DNA from: an uncultured cyanobacterium
Lineage (GTDB): Bacteria > Cyanobacteriota > Cyanobacteriia > PCC-9006 > JAAUQQ01
Length of the DNA stretch: 64,000 nt
Direction of reading: 5' to 3'
Assembly (NCBI GenBank): GCA_963718615.1
Contig: OY970368.1
Span: forward strand, 3,328,001 to 3,392,000
Both the position numbers and the translations under genes were made by a program. Shown one piece after another: positions 19,901 to 30,215 of the stretch. Every line of letters begins with the position of its first letter. The first letter of the stretch is position 1. The notes under the pieces are model-generated. The model ran no database searches. It saw nothing but the letters and a program-made list of their open reading frames with translations, and was not told the origin of the DNA.

Positions 19901-22900
19901 TACGACACCGATGACGATGGTATCGCCGACACCCTAGACCTTGATGATGACAACGATGGCATCCTTGATCTTAATGAGCAATTTGTCGATCAATTTGTTT
20001 ATGCGGCTTTCACTAATGTTGGTGAGCAGCAGGCTAGTGGTCAGATTAACGGGATTAATTTTACCTACACAACGACTCAGACTGTCCTCAACATTACAAA
20101 CTCAATGTATAACCATGGGACTTTCCCATCTGAGTACGATGTTCCCAATGTAAATCCCACCATTCGCAATGACCAAGCCTCAACGAATCAATTGGTATTT
20201 GAGCAGCCAATGCTCAATCCAGTGCTGGTTTTTTCGTCGATTGGCAATCCTTTGACTCCTGTGCCAATTGAGTTTGGAGCGCCAGTTGAAATTCTCTGGT
20301 CTCAAGATGTAACGATTAATAGCCCCACTAGTATCACAGGAGCAGAAGGGTTTGCGATCGTTCGATTTAACGGCCTGTTTGATGTCATTGATTTTCAATA
20401 TCTAGCAGACGAGACATATGTAAACTTTGCCTTTGGGGCTAGCTTTAAACAGGGGGAGGATACCGACGGTGATGGTATTCAGGATTATCTGGACCTCGAC
20501 TCCGATAACGACGGTATTACCGACAATGTCGAGGCGCAAACGACAGCCGACTATATTGCGCCGACCGGCACCGATAACGATGGTGACGGTCTCGATGATG
20601 CCTATGAGGGCGCGGGTAACCAGGGGCTGACTCCGGTCAACACCGACGGCACGGATGCCGTCGACTATCTGGACTCAGATTCTGATAACGACGGCATCAG
20701 CGATGCTGCCGAGCGTGGAACCGGTGGACCCACAACGAATGCAACGGGACTCTCCGACGCGACCACCGATGCTGACGGCGATGGTCTGTTCGACGTTTTC
20801 GAAGGAGGTACGCCCAACGATGGCTTCGACGTCAACGGTGACAACCTGACGGGCACGACTTTTAATCTCGCCGATACTGATAACGATGTCCTCTCTGATG
20901 GCAGCGATGCCATTGCCCGATCTAATGATCTCGACTATCGCGACAACAGCACCGAAGTTTCGATCACCGCTAACGATGCTAACGCGGCTGAAGCCGCCGA
21001 CAACGGTCAATTCACCGTCACCCTAAACCAGCCCTTCAGTAGCGACACCACCGTCAACTACAGCATTAGTGGAACGGCCAGCAATGGCACAGACTACACA
21101 ACCCTGACCGGCTCGGTCATAATTCCTGCTGGTGCCACTTCCGCGCCCATCAATATCGCTGTTACGGATGATCCCTTAGTGGAGCAGGATGAAACCGTCA
21201 TCCTAACCCTTACCAGTGCCACCAACCCCAAGGGCACTGTGACGCTAGGAAGTGAAAATACTGCAACGGTCAACATCACTGATACAGATACGGCTTTAGT
21301 GTCTATCAGTGCTACGGATGCGATCGCGGCAGAAGATATCAACAATGGGCAATTTACCGTTAGCCTCACGAATCCCAGCGATGTTGATACCGTCATCAGC
21401 TACAGCATCGGGGGAGATGCAACCCCCGGCAGTGACTATACGCCCCTTACCGGAACGGTCACCATTCTGGCAGGTAATACCAGCGCCACCATCAACGTAT
21501 CGGTTCTAGATGACAGCCTTAGTGAGCTCGATGAAGCCGTCACGGTTACCCTAATAGCCATAACCAGTGGGGATAGCGATGTTTCCATTAACCTCGCCCA
21601 AAACGCTTCGACAGTAACGATTCTGGCGGATACCGATGGCGACAATGTTCCTGACATCATTGACCTAGACGACGACAACGATGGCATCCTCGACACGGTT
21701 GAAGCTGCCACTGCTCCTGCGAATGGTGACACCGATGGAGATGGCATTCCGGATCGCCTCGACCTTGATTCTGACAACGACGGCATCAACGATGTCATCG
21801 AAGCGGGTCATGGCGTCACCGATACCGATGGCGATGGTATGCTCGATGGGCCTGTCGGTAGCGATGGGATTCCCGATGCCGTTCAATCTAGTCCGAATAG
21901 TGGCATCGTCAACTATGCTCTGGCGAATACCGATGGTGATGGTCAGCCTGACTTCCAAGACCTCGACTCCGATAATGATAGTCTCTCCGACCTGATCGAA
22001 GGCGGCAGTGGCGGAGCCGATGCAAATAACGATGGCGTAGTGGATGGTCCCGATACCGATGGCGATGGCATCCAGGATTCAGTTGATGCAACACCTACGA
22101 CCTATGGTGATGGAGCCAGTCCTGCACTGCCCGATGCCGATAGTGCAGCCAATCCCAATACCCCCGACTATATCGATGTTGATAGCAACAACAACGGAAT
22201 CAACGACATCGCTGAAGCGGGCAATGGCATTCTCGATCCCAATGGGGATGGGGCGATCGATAACATCACCGACAATGACAAAGACGGCATTCCCGACGTC
22301 GTCGACGATTCCGATCTCGATGGAATTCCTGACGCCGTTGATGGCACACCCAATCCAGCTTTCGGGGGGCTGGGAGAGCCCGATAGCGATGGGGATGGCA
22401 TTGCAAACGTTGATGACCTCGACGACGACAATGATGGAATTTTAGATGCGGTTGAAGAAGCAGGAAACGCCATTCGCGACACCGATGGCGATGGAATTCT
22501 CGATCGCCTAGACCTAGACTCTGATAACGACGGCATCAACGATGTGCTCGAAGCGGGCCACGGAGCACCGGATGCCAATGGCGACGGCATCCTCGATGGT
22601 CCCGTTGGAAGTGATGGTATTCCCGATTCAGTCCAGGCTTCACCCAATGATGGCACCGTGAACTACGGTTTACCTGCCAACAGTGACAGCGACCCCATCC
22701 CCGACTTCCAAGACCTCGACTCTGACAACGACAGCCTCAGCGACCTCTACGAAGGCGGGAGCGGTGGCCCCGATGCCAACAATGATGGCGTCGTTGACGG
22801 GATTGATAGTGACGGCGATGGCATTCTCGACGCAGTAGATGGTGTGCCTGCAACCTATGGGGATGCGGGAAGTCCTGCACTGCCCAACGCTGATAATGAC

Positions 22901-25900
22901 CTAGTCCCGAACTACATTGACCCCGACAGCGATAGTGATGGGGTCAATGACATCGATGAAGCTAGCAATGGTAGTTTAGATGTCAATAACGATGGCGAGA
23001 TAGATGACCTTGCTGATGCCGATGGGGATGGTGTTCCCGATGTCATTGATGACTCCGATTTAGATGGCACGCCTGATAAAACTGATACCACGCCCAATGC
23101 TGGCTTTGGTGGTCTGGGTCTTGTGGACACGGATGGCGATGGCGTTGCTGATATTGCAGACCTGGATGACGACAACGATGGCATTCTGGATACTGTTGAA
23201 GAGGCAGGGAATCCGGATCGAGATACTGATGGCGATAGCATTCTAGATCGTTTGGATCTAGACGCCGATAATGACGGCATCAATGACTTGATTGAAGCTG
23301 GACATGGTGCCATTGATGCCAATGGCGATGGCTTGGTGGATGGCAATGTCGGAGCCAATGGTTATGTGGATATTCTAGAGACCACTCCCGATTCCGGCGA
23401 AGCGAATTTTGCACCTCGTAATAGCGACAACGATGCCAATCCCGATTTTCAAGATCTTGATGCTGATAATGACAGCATTAGCGATCTGATTGAAGGCGGC
23501 AGCAATGGTGCAGACGCCAACAACGATGGCGTGGTGGATGGACCCGACACCGATGGAGATGGTATCCAAGATAGTGTGGATGGCACACCCAATAGTTTTG
23601 GGGATAGCGGCAGTCCTGCGGTCCCCAATGATGATGCAGACACAACACCCAACTACATCGACCCAGACAGCAACAATGATGGCACTCATGACATCCTCGA
23701 AACCGGCAACGGTGTTCTAGATGGCAATGGGGATGGGGTCATCGATAATGCCACAGATCTGGATGGAGACGGCATTGCTGATGTCATTGATGATTCTGAC
23801 AACGATGGCACACCTGATGCAGTAGACACGACACCGAATGCAGCCTTTGGCGGTTTAGGGGGGCCTGCACCGGATGCAGATGGGGATGGCATTGCCAACG
23901 ATGCAGATCTCGACGATGACAACGATGGCATTTTAGACAGCATTGAAGAAGCGGGAGACCCAACCAGGGATACGGATGGAGATGGCATTCCGGATCGCCT
24001 CGACCTTGATTCTGACAACGATGGCATCAACGATGTCATCGAAGCGGGTCATGGCGTAACCGATACCGATGGCGATGGTATGCTCGATGGGCCTATCGGT
24101 AGCGATGGGATTCCCGATGCCGTTCAATCTAGTCCGAATAGTGGCATCGTCAACTATGCTCTGGCGAATACCGATGGTGATGGCCAGCCCGACTTCCAAG
24201 ACCTTGATTCTGATAACGATAGCCTTAGTGACTTAGTTGAAGGCGGCAGCGGAGGTAATGATAGCGATGGCGATGGCGTCGTCGATGGTCCCGATACCGA
24301 CAAAGATGGAATTCAAGATTCCGTCGATGGTAACCCAGGTCTCTATGGGGATGGAGGAAATTTCGCACCGCAAAACAGCGATAGCGATCCAAATCCGGAT
24401 TACATCGATATTGATAGTGACGGAAATGGCGTTGATGATATTGACCAGGCCGGAAGTACAATTCTCGACGGGAATAACGATGGCAGAATCGATGACATTA
24501 CCGATAACGATAACGACGGCATTGCTGATGTTATTGACGATTCCGATCAAGATGGGATTCCTGATATTTCCGATAGTGATCCCCAAAGCTTTGGCGGGCT
24601 AGGTAAGGCCGACACCGATGGCGATGGCATTCTCAACTCGGAGGATTTGGATGATGATAATGATGGGATTCTGGATACCGTTGAAGAAGCTGGAGATATC
24701 GATCGCGACACCGATGGCGATGGCATTCTAGACCGTTTGGATCTCGACAGCGATAACGACGGCATCAACGATGTGCTCGAAGCGGGTCACGGAGCACCTG
24801 ACGCCAATGGCGACGGCATCCTCGATGGTCCCGTTGGAAGCGATGGTATTCCCGATTCAGTGCAGGCTTCACCCAATGATGGCACCGTGAACTACGGTTT
24901 ACCTGCCAACAGTGACAGCGACCCCATCCCCGATTTCCAAGACCTCGACTCTGACAACGACAGCCTCAGCGACCTCTACGAAGGCGGGAGCGGTGGCCCC
25001 GATGCCAACAATGATGGCGTCGTTGACGGGATTGATAGTGACGGCGATGGCATTCTCGACGCAGTAGATGGTGTGCCTGCAACCTATGGGGATGCGGGAA
25101 GTCCTGCGCTGCCCAACGCTGATAATGACCTAGCCCCGAACTACATTGACCCCGACAGCGATGGTGATGGGGTCAATGACATCGATGAAGCTAGCAATGG
25201 TGGTTTAGATGTCAATAACGATGGCGAGATTGATGACCTTGCTGATGCCGATGGAGATGGTGTTCCCGATGTCATTGATGACTCCGATTTAGATGGCACG
25301 CCTGATAAAACTGATACCACGCCCAATGCTGGCTTTGGTGGTCTGGGTCTTGTGGACACGGATGGTGATGGCGTTGCTGATATTGCAGACCTGGATGACG
25401 ACAACGATGGCATTCTGGATACTGTTGAAGAGGCAGGGAATCCGGATCGAGATACCGATGGCGATGGCATTCTAGATCGTTTGGATCTAGACGCCGATAA
25501 CGACGGCATCAATGACTTGATTGAAGCTGGACATGGTGCCATCGATGCTAATGGCGATGGCTTGGTGGATGGCAATGTCGGAGCCAATGGTTATGTGGAT
25601 ATTCTAGAGACCACTCCCGATTCCGGCGAAGCGAATTTTGCACCTCGTAATAGCGACAACGATGCCAATCCCGATTTTCAAGATCTTGATGCTGATAATG
25701 ACAGCATTAGCGATCTGATTGAAGGCGGCAGCAATGGTGCAGATGCCAACAACGATGGCGTGGTGGATGGGCCCGACACCGATGGAGATGGTATCCAAGA
25801 TAGTGTGGATGGTACACCCAATAGTTTTGGGGATAGCGGCAGTCCTGCGGTCCCCAATGATGATGCAGACACAACACCCAACTACATCGACCCAGACAGC

Positions 25901-28300
25901 AACAATGATGGCACTCATGACATCCTCGAAACCGGCAACGGTGTTTTAGATGGCAATGGGGATGGAGTCATCGATAATGCCACAGATCTGGATGGAGACG
26001 GCATCGCCGATGTCATTGACGATTCTGACAACGATGGCACACCTGATGCAGTAGACACGACACCGAATGCAGCCTTTGGCGGTTTAGGGGGGCCTGCACC
26101 GGATGCAGATGGGGATGGCATTGCCAACGATGCAGATCTCGACGATGACAACGATGGCATTTTAGACAGCATTGAAGAAGCGGGAGACCCAACCAGGGAT
26201 ACGGATGGAGATGGCATTCCGGATCGCCTCGACCTTGATTCTGACAACGACGGCATCAACGATGTCATCGAAGCGGGTCATGGCGTCACCGATACCGATG
26301 GCGATGGTATGCTCGATGGCCCAGTGGGGGCCAATGGCGTGGATGATGCTGTTGAATCCTCACCGGATAGTGGGATTGTGGATGCTCCTGTCAACAGCGA
26401 CAGTGATGCTCAGCCAGATTTCCAGGATTTGGATGCGGATAACGATGGTCTCTCTGATTTCCTCGAAGGAGGTGCGCTGTTCAATGGCGGATTTGATGCT
26501 GACGATAATGGCGTAATTGATGGACCAGATACAGACAAGGATGGTATTCCTGATTCGGTTGATGGCACACCCAATGCCTATGGAGATAGCGGCAGTCCGG
26601 CATTGCCCGATGGCGATAGTGCTACGGATCCAGATTCGCCGGATTATCGCGATCGCACCAACAACGAAAATGGCCTCAATGACATCAATCCCGATCTAGA
26701 TCTCAACAACGACGGTGAAATCGACGATGTCACCGATAACGATAACGATGGCATTGCCGACATCATTGATGACTCTGACAGCGATGGTATGGTCGATGCA
26801 AACCCCGCAGAAACCGATCCTCAAAGCTTTGGCGGTCTGCCCGCAACGGACACGGATGGGGATGGCGTGCCTGACAGCCGTGACCTAGACGATGACAACG
26901 ATGGCATTCTTGACAGCGATGAAGGCAACGGCAAGATTGATACCGATGGCGACGGAATTGTTGATTCCCGCGACCTAGATACGGATAACGACGGTATCCT
27001 TGATGTGGAAGAAGCGGGCCATAGTCAAGCCGATATCGATGGAGATGGACGGGTTGATGGTCCTGTCGGTAATAACGGACTGCCAGATACCGTTGAATCG
27101 ACTCCCGACAGTGGCATTCCTAGCTATACGGTGTTGGATACCGATGGGGATGGCATTGAGGACTTCAAAGACCTCGATTCCGACAACGACGGTATCAATG
27201 ATGTGATTGAAGGGGGTGGCCAAGACCCCGATGGAGACGGGACGATCCACGGCGGTGGTCCGATTGTGGATGTGGACCGAGATGGCATTTTGGATGTCAT
27301 TGATCCGTCCCAAGGGGGAAGTCCTGTTCCTGTGCTGGATACGGATGGCGATGGCATCGAAAATTATCGGGATTTAGATTCTGACAATGATGGCGTCAAA
27401 GATATTGTCGAAGGTGGAAATGCGGCTGCCGATGCTGATGGGGATGGTCGCATTGACGGGCCAGATGCCGATGGGGATGGCATTCCTGATCGGGTCGATC
27501 CGTCCCTCGGCTTTGGCGACTCGGGCGATGGCACTGCACCGGATAGCAATGGTGATGGTATTCCCGATTTCCTCCAACCCGGCAGCAACACGGGCTCCGG
27601 CAGCCAAGGCACTGGCGGTAGCGATGTGATTAATGGCGGTGCTGGGGGCGATATTATCAATGGTCTCAGCGACGACGACGTTTTGGACGGTGGTGCAGGC
27701 GATGATGTGATCAATGGCGGCAGCGACCAAGATACGACTGTTGGGGGAAGCGGCAACGATATTGTTAACGGCGGTAGCGATGGTGACCAAGTCAATGGCG
27801 GCGATGGCAATGACATCGCGAACGGCGGCAGTGGTAATGACCTCATTGCTGGGGATGACGGTGACGATATCATGAACGGCGGTAGCGGTCTGGATACACT
27901 CTATGGTGGTCTCGGGAATGACATCCTCAATGGCGGCAGTGGAGATGACCTGATCTATGGCGGTGCAGGCAGTGACATTATTCGTGGCTCTACGGGCAAT
28001 GACATGCTGGTAGGCGGCGATGGTTCCGATCTGTTGTTTGGTGGTCAAGGAGATGATCGCTTTGTCTACGAATCCCTGAGCGAATTCGGCGATACGATTC
28101 TTGATTTTGAGATTGTGCGCGATCGCATCGATCTCCAAGGCATTTTCAACGGTAATGCGGCCCTAGGTAGCAATGTGCAAGCGCAACAGCTCGGTCTGCA
28201 TTCGCTGATTCTTGCCAATACAGGCTCCGGTATGCAACAGGTTGCCATGCTGCTCAATGTTAATGCCAGTACCTTAGATAGCAGCAACTTTATCTTCTAA
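16979..28300 (+). CDS. Giant (3773 aa) Ca-binding RTX/T1SS-type surface adhesin: DUF4347, L-type lectin, cadherin, Ig-like, Calx-beta, TSP3-like repeats, RTX tail
   Basis: DUF4347 (FVDPSVQDYQ, DGIEQI, THGYSG, CNVA, GNWHL); legume-lectin GADGIGFV and IGIEFDTW; cadherin APDFE; DSFTYTV.DGNGG Ig repeats; Calx-beta GTASNGTDY; DxDxDGxxDxxDxDDDNDG repeats; GGxGxD nonapeptides; DTILDF...DRIDL C-terminus. No Sec signal peptide. Confidence 0.85.
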   Translation: MTMNTVLTRDLQVLFVDPSVQDYQNLLHELDSGIQCFVLDNNQDGIEQISKILDNIRQKAANIESTSIFLLTHGYSGGVRLAKSDFNLSSLSQYEKDLQSWFNHENTQYNSLSFCACNVATGDIGKEFIEKIGQITQATILASSSPLGSSLLNGNWHLDYCTTEGVESKLPFSSESRNNYPYILPTLPAVDTIFSINGNASKIDDDEIRLTPDAFSQSGSAFSTARIDFNYDWTFNFAVYLGVSDGGADGIGFVLHNDPRGSSVTGEFGGGLGILNIQKSIGIEFDTWQNPEYGDPVADHTSILLPDTTGLDRLTTIESLSNIEDGQYHNVIVTWNATTKTLSYTLDSVQRGSVVRDVINQDFGGEKLIYFGFAASTGGAKNEHKIRISNFEGRLINSSGNDIINTANASPVIASPTGSPASFTVVENTSIATILADVNSSDAEDGAETNLTYSLSGVDASRFNIDSNGRLTFKAAPDFESPLDSGANNSYDFTVTVTDTEGATDTQDIRIIVANVNDNNPVISTPLGSPATLNVLENTVTVVNVNASDAEDGAETNLTYSLSGTDSSLFVIDSNGNLSFKVAPNFENPQDNGTNNVYDVTVNVTDSGGLSDLRAIQITVINVNESPKANADIAAVAEKSAATINLTNNDTDPDAGTDLEVTALNTTGIKGLASINPDGEGVTYNPNGAFNSLAVGETTTDSFTYTVNDGNGGTNTATVTVTIIGENDQPTANFDAGTVAEDGTTSINLTGNDTDPDGSDDLEVTSVGTLGTLGLVSINPDGEGVTYNPNGVFNNLAVGDTATDTFTYTVSDGNGGTDTATVTVTITGENDQPNLDLDNDGVSGDVDYATLYQPGTPVSIAEAGGSLITDIDGDTLTISIVLDNPLDGASETFSLQPGFTIPGSLSITPITSGISIAPSGSETPTDAEYQAVLEAIRYNNSDMASDRSDRTITITVNDGTGTPNATATATTTINYDTDDDGIADTLDLDDDNDGILDLNEQFVDQFVYAAFTNVGEQQASGQINGINFTYTTTQTVLNITNSMYNHGTFPSEYDVPNVNPTIRNDQASTNQLVFEQPMLNPVLVFSSIGNPLTPVPIEFGAPVEILWSQDVTINSPTSITGAEGFAIVRFNGLFDVIDFQYLADETYVNFAFGASFKQGEDTDGDGIQDYLDLDSDNDGITDNVEAQTTADYIAPTGTDNDGDGLDDAYEGAGNQGLTPVNTDGTDAVDYLDSDSDNDGISDAAERGTGGPTTNATGLSDATTDADGDGLFDVFEGGTPNDGFDVNGDNLTGTTFNLADTDNDVLSDGSDAIARSNDLDYRDNSTEVSITANDANAAEAADNGQFTVTLNQPFSSDTTVNYSISGTASNGTDYTTLTGSVIIPAGATSAPINIAVTDDPLVEQDETVILTLTSATNPKGTVTLGSENTATVNITDTDTALVSISATDAIAAEDINNGQFTVSLTNPSDVDTVISYSIGGDATPGSDYTPLTGTVTILAGNTSATINVSVLDDSLSELDEAVTVTLIAITSGDSDVSINLAQNASTVTILADTDGDNVPDIIDLDDDNDGILDTVEAATAPANGDTDGDGIPDRLDLDSDNDGINDVIEAGHGVTDTDGDGMLDGPVGSDGIPDAVQSSPNSGIVNYALANTDGDGQPDFQDLDSDNDSLSDLIEGGSGGADANNDGVVDGPDTDGDGIQDSVDATPTTYGDGASPALPDADSAANPNTPDYIDVDSNNNGINDIAEAGNGILDPNGDGAIDNITDNDKDGIPDVVDDSDLDGIPDAVDGTPNPAFGGLGEPDSDGDGIANVDDLDDDNDGILDAVEEAGNAIRDTDGDGILDRLDLDSDNDGINDVLEAGHGAPDANGDGILDGPVGSDGIPDSVQASPNDGTVNYGLPANSDSDPIPDFQDLDSDNDSLSDLYEGGSGGPDANNDGVVDGIDSDGDGILDAVDGVPATYGDAGSPALPNADNDLVPNYIDPDSDSDGVNDIDEASNGSLDVNNDGEIDDLADADGDGVPDVIDDSDLDGTPDKTDTTPNAGFGGLGLVDTDGDGVADIADLDDDNDGILDTVEEAGNPDRDTDGDSILDRLDLDADNDGINDLIEAGHGAIDANGDGLVDGNVGANGYVDILETTPDSGEANFAPRNSDNDANPDFQDLDADNDSISDLIEGGSNGADANNDGVVDGPDTDGDGIQDSVDGTPNSFGDSGSPAVPNDDADTTPNYIDPDSNNDGTHDILETGNGVLDGNGDGVIDNATDLDGDGIADVIDDSDNDGTPDAVDTTPNAAFGGLGGPAPDADGDGIANDADLDDDNDGILDSIEEAGDPTRDTDGDGIPDRLDLDSDNDGINDVIEAGHGVTDTDGDGMLDGPIGSDGIPDAVQSSPNSGIVNYALANTDGDGQPDFQDLDSDNDSLSDLVEGGSGGNDSDGDGVVDGPDTDKDGIQDSVDGNPGLYGDGGNFAPQNSDSDPNPDYIDIDSDGNGVDDIDQAGSTILDGNNDGRIDDITDNDNDGIADVIDDSDQDGIPDISDSDPQSFGGLGKADTDGDGILNSEDLDDDNDGILDTVEEAGDIDRDTDGDGILDRLDLDSDNDGINDVLEAGHGAPDANGDGILDGPVGSDGIPDSVQASPNDGTVNYGLPANSDSDPIPDFQDLDSDNDSLSDLYEGGSGGPDANNDGVVDGIDSDGDGILDAVDGVPATYGDAGSPALPNADNDLAPNYIDPDSDGDGVNDIDEASNGGLDVNNDGEIDDLADADGDGVPDVIDDSDLDGTPDKTDTTPNAGFGGLGLVDTDGDGVADIADLDDDNDGILDTVEEAGNPDRDTDGDGILDRLDLDADNDGINDLIEAGHGAIDANGDGLVDGNVGANGYVDILETTPDSGEANFAPRNSDNDANPDFQDLDADNDSISDLIEGGSNGADANNDGVVDGPDTDGDGIQDSVDGTPNSFGDSGSPAVPNDDADTTPNYIDPDSNNDGTHDILETGNGVLDGNGDGVIDNATDLDGDGIADVIDDSDNDGTPDAVDTTPNAAFGGLGGPAPDADGDGIANDADLDDDNDGILDSIEEAGDPTRDTDGDGIPDRLDLDSDNDGINDVIEAGHGVTDTDGDGMLDGPVGANGVDDAVESSPDSGIVDAPVNSDSDAQPDFQDLDADNDGLSDFLEGGALFNGGFDADDNGVIDGPDTDKDGIPDSVDGTPNAYGDSGSPALPDGDSATDPDSPDYRDRTNNENGLNDINPDLDLNNDGEIDDVTDNDNDGIADIIDDSDSDGMVDANPAETDPQSFGGLPATDTDGDGVPDSRDLDDDNDGILDSDEGNGKIDTDGDGIVDSRDLDTDNDGILDVEEAGHSQADIDGDGRVDGPVGNNGLPDTVESTPDSGIPSYTVLDTDGDGIEDFKDLDSDNDGINDVIEGGGQDPDGDGTIHGGGPIVDVDRDGILDVIDPSQGGSPVPVLDTDGDGIENYRDLDSDNDGVKDIVEGGNAAADADGDGRIDGPDADGDGIPDRVDPSLGFGDSGDGTAPDSNGDGIPDFLQPGSNTGSGSQGTGGSDVINGGAGGDIINGLSDDDVLDGGAGDDVINGGSDQDTTVGGSGNDIVNGGSDGDQVNGGDGNDIANGGSGNDLIAGDDGDDIMNGGSGLDTLYGGLGNDILNGGSGDDLIYGGAGSDIIRGSTGNDMLVGGDGSDLLFGGQGDDRFVYESLSEFGDTILDFEIVRDRIDLQGIFNGNAALGSNVQAQQLGLHSLILANTGSGMQQVAMLLNVNASTLDSSNFIF
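21629..27570 (+). repeat. Intragenic tandem array of ~745-bp units with a 2229-bp higher-order duplication
   Basis: Units start with D[TSA]DGD..(x)..DLDDDNDGILD at 21629, 22382, 23126, 23873, 24611, 25355, 26102 and 26849. About 22480-24090 is near-identical in nucleotides to about 24710-26320 (offset 2229; the duplicated shadow ORFs show the same offset). Confidence 0.92.
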
Positions 28301-28350
28301 GGTGTTGAGCTTGCTTCTCCTCCTGGAGAAAAGGGTGGATGCTTAAAAGT

Positions 28351-28383
28351 CTAGATTGGGTTAATTGACGAAACCCAATCTAG
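28351..28383. terminator. Perfect 12-bp inverted repeat downstream of the giant adhesin (terminator/REP-like hairpin)
   Basis: ctagattgggtt-aattgacga-aacccaatctag. Confidence 0.55.
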
Positions 28384-28456
28384 GCTGAAAAGAGGTTTCG
28401 AAAGAAGGTTAAAAATGAGTTTCAGTGGGGCATTCTAGCAACTTTTAAATTTTGAA

Positions 28457-30214
28457 TTGAAAAGGCAGAGTTTTTCCATGGCTGAGCTGACCCCGGTAGA
28501 GTTGGGTAACCCTGTTTCCTTGCTCAACGAGAGTGATTATGCTGCGCTTCAGGCGTTGTATATTAACACGGATGGTGAGCAGTGGAAAAATAATCAAGGT
28601 TGGCAAGATTGGGATTTTTTAAGCCCAACACCACCCGAACTGTCGGTCATGAATGGCTGGTTTGGAGTCAGTTTGAGTGGCGATCGCATCACCACTCTCT
28701 CCCTCGGCAGCAATCGACTGAAGGGCAACTTACCAACGGCCTTAGGCCAACTCTCCGACCTCAAAACGCTCTATCTTTATGGTAATCAGTTAACCGGTGT
28801 TATCCCGGAATCCCTGGGAAATTTGAGCCAGCTTAATCACCTAGCATTGAGTGGTAATCAACTGGATGGAGCATTGCCTTCAAACCTGGGAAATCTTGCT
28901 AATTTACAATATCTTTATCTGAACAACAATCGTTTACAAGGGGTGCTACCGACAGAATTTGCCGATCTGGAAGAGCTGATTTACCTCTCTCTTGCAGACA
29001 ACCAATTCAGGGGTGAAATCCCGGAGACTTGGGGCAGTTGGCCCAACCTTAAAACCTTGCAATTGGCCAATAACCAACTGAGCGGAACGGTTCCCCCAGC
29101 GCTAATAGATGCAATTCATCAAGGGAGCGGTTCTTACAATCTCAATAACCCGATCGCGGTGACCGGTTTGCCAGCGACCATTGCCCTCATGGAAGCGATT
29201 GAACCCACTGCGATCGCCTTGACGTTCAGCGATCTCGATGCTCTGGGCAGTGACGATCTGGAGACTTTGGCCCTCACCGCAACGGTCGATCATCCCGATC
29301 TCGTGACCCTCGAACTCACTGGAACCGGGGCCGATCGAACCCTCAACCTCATGCCCCAACCCAATCGAGCTGGAACCACAACGCTGCGGCTAACCGCCCA
29401 AGATGACAGTGGCGAACAAACGACGGTGGCGATCGCCCTCACACTCCAGGACCAACCGGAAACCGGAAGTTTTAGCGCTGTTAGGGATTTGTTGTGGCGC
29501 AATCCCACCACAGGCGAAAATCTCCTTTGGCGGATGGCCGGACTCGATCGAGTTGAAACAATTGCGCTCACGGCAGGATTGGATGCTAACTGGGAATGGG
29601 TCGGCCTCGGCCAATTTAATGGGGATGATCAGACGGATTTGGTCGGGCGAAATGCTCAAACGGGCGAGACCCAACTGTGGCTGATGAATGGCAATGCCTT
29701 GGCCGAAACGGTGACTTGGACTGCGAACCAAAACGAAGGACAGTTGGTAGGATTAGGTGATTTTGATGGCGATGCTCAAACCGATTTGATTTGGCGAAAT
29801 TCCCAAACAGGGCAAAATTATATTTGGTATTTGAACGGTAATGCGCTGCGTCAGCGTCAGCCATTGATGGCGATCGCCGACTCCCATTGGCAGATCGTCG
29901 GCACAGGACAATTTAATCAGGATGCCTACAGCGATCTAATTTGGCGCAATCTTAAAACAGGGCAAACTTTGCTTTGGCTCATGCAAGCCGGAAGCCCCAT
30001 GGCGGCCTTACCGCTCCCATCCGTATCCAATCTAGACTGGCAACTGGTGGGGACCCGAGATTTAAATCAAGATGGTGGATCAGACCTACTCTGGCAAAAT
30101 GCCCAGACCGGGGCCGCAGTGGCTTGGTTGATGCAGAGCGGTCAGCGGCTGTCGGCCCATCACTTGAACCCTGCGGGAGATTTGGGAGCATCGGCCCATT
30201 GGAGTTTGAGTTAA
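28457..30214 (+). CDS. LRR + Ig-like + FG-GAP/VCBS repeat protein
   Basis: ALQALY..TDG..W cap and about 6 plant-type LRRs (LxLxxNxLxGxxPxxLGxLxxL); GTGADRTLNLMP Ig/cadherin-like domain; G[DQ]F[ND]GD..DLIWRN..TG repeats. Confidence 0.8.
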   Translation: MKRQSFSMAELTPVELGNPVSLLNESDYAALQALYINTDGEQWKNNQGWQDWDFLSPTPPELSVMNGWFGVSLSGDRITTLSLGSNRLKGNLPTALGQLSDLKTLYLYGNQLTGVIPESLGNLSQLNHLALSGNQLDGALPSNLGNLANLQYLYLNNNRLQGVLPTEFADLEELIYLSLADNQFRGEIPETWGSWPNLKTLQLANNQLSGTVPPALIDAIHQGSGSYNLNNPIAVTGLPATIALMEAIEPTAIALTFSDLDALGSDDLETLALTATVDHPDLVTLELTGTGADRTLNLMPQPNRAGTTTLRLTAQDDSGEQTTVAIALTLQDQPETGSFSAVRDLLWRNPTTGENLLWRMAGLDRVETIALTAGLDANWEWVGLGQFNGDDQTDLVGRNAQTGETQLWLMNGNALAETVTWTANQNEGQLVGLGDFDGDAQTDLIWRNSQTGQNYIWYLNGNALRQRQPLMAIADSHWQIVGTGQFNQDAYSDLIWRNLKTGQTLLWLMQAGSPMAALPLPSVSNLDWQLVGTRDLNQDGGSDLLWQNAQTGAAVAWLMQSGQRLSAHHLNPAGDLGASAHWSLS

Positions 30215-30215
30215 C

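Noticed and set aside
17547-28287. Numerous Ser/Pro-rich antisense and alternative-frame ORFs inside the giant adhesin
   Set aside because: These are shadows of the Asp/Gly codon repeats and are duplicated with the same 2229-bp offset.
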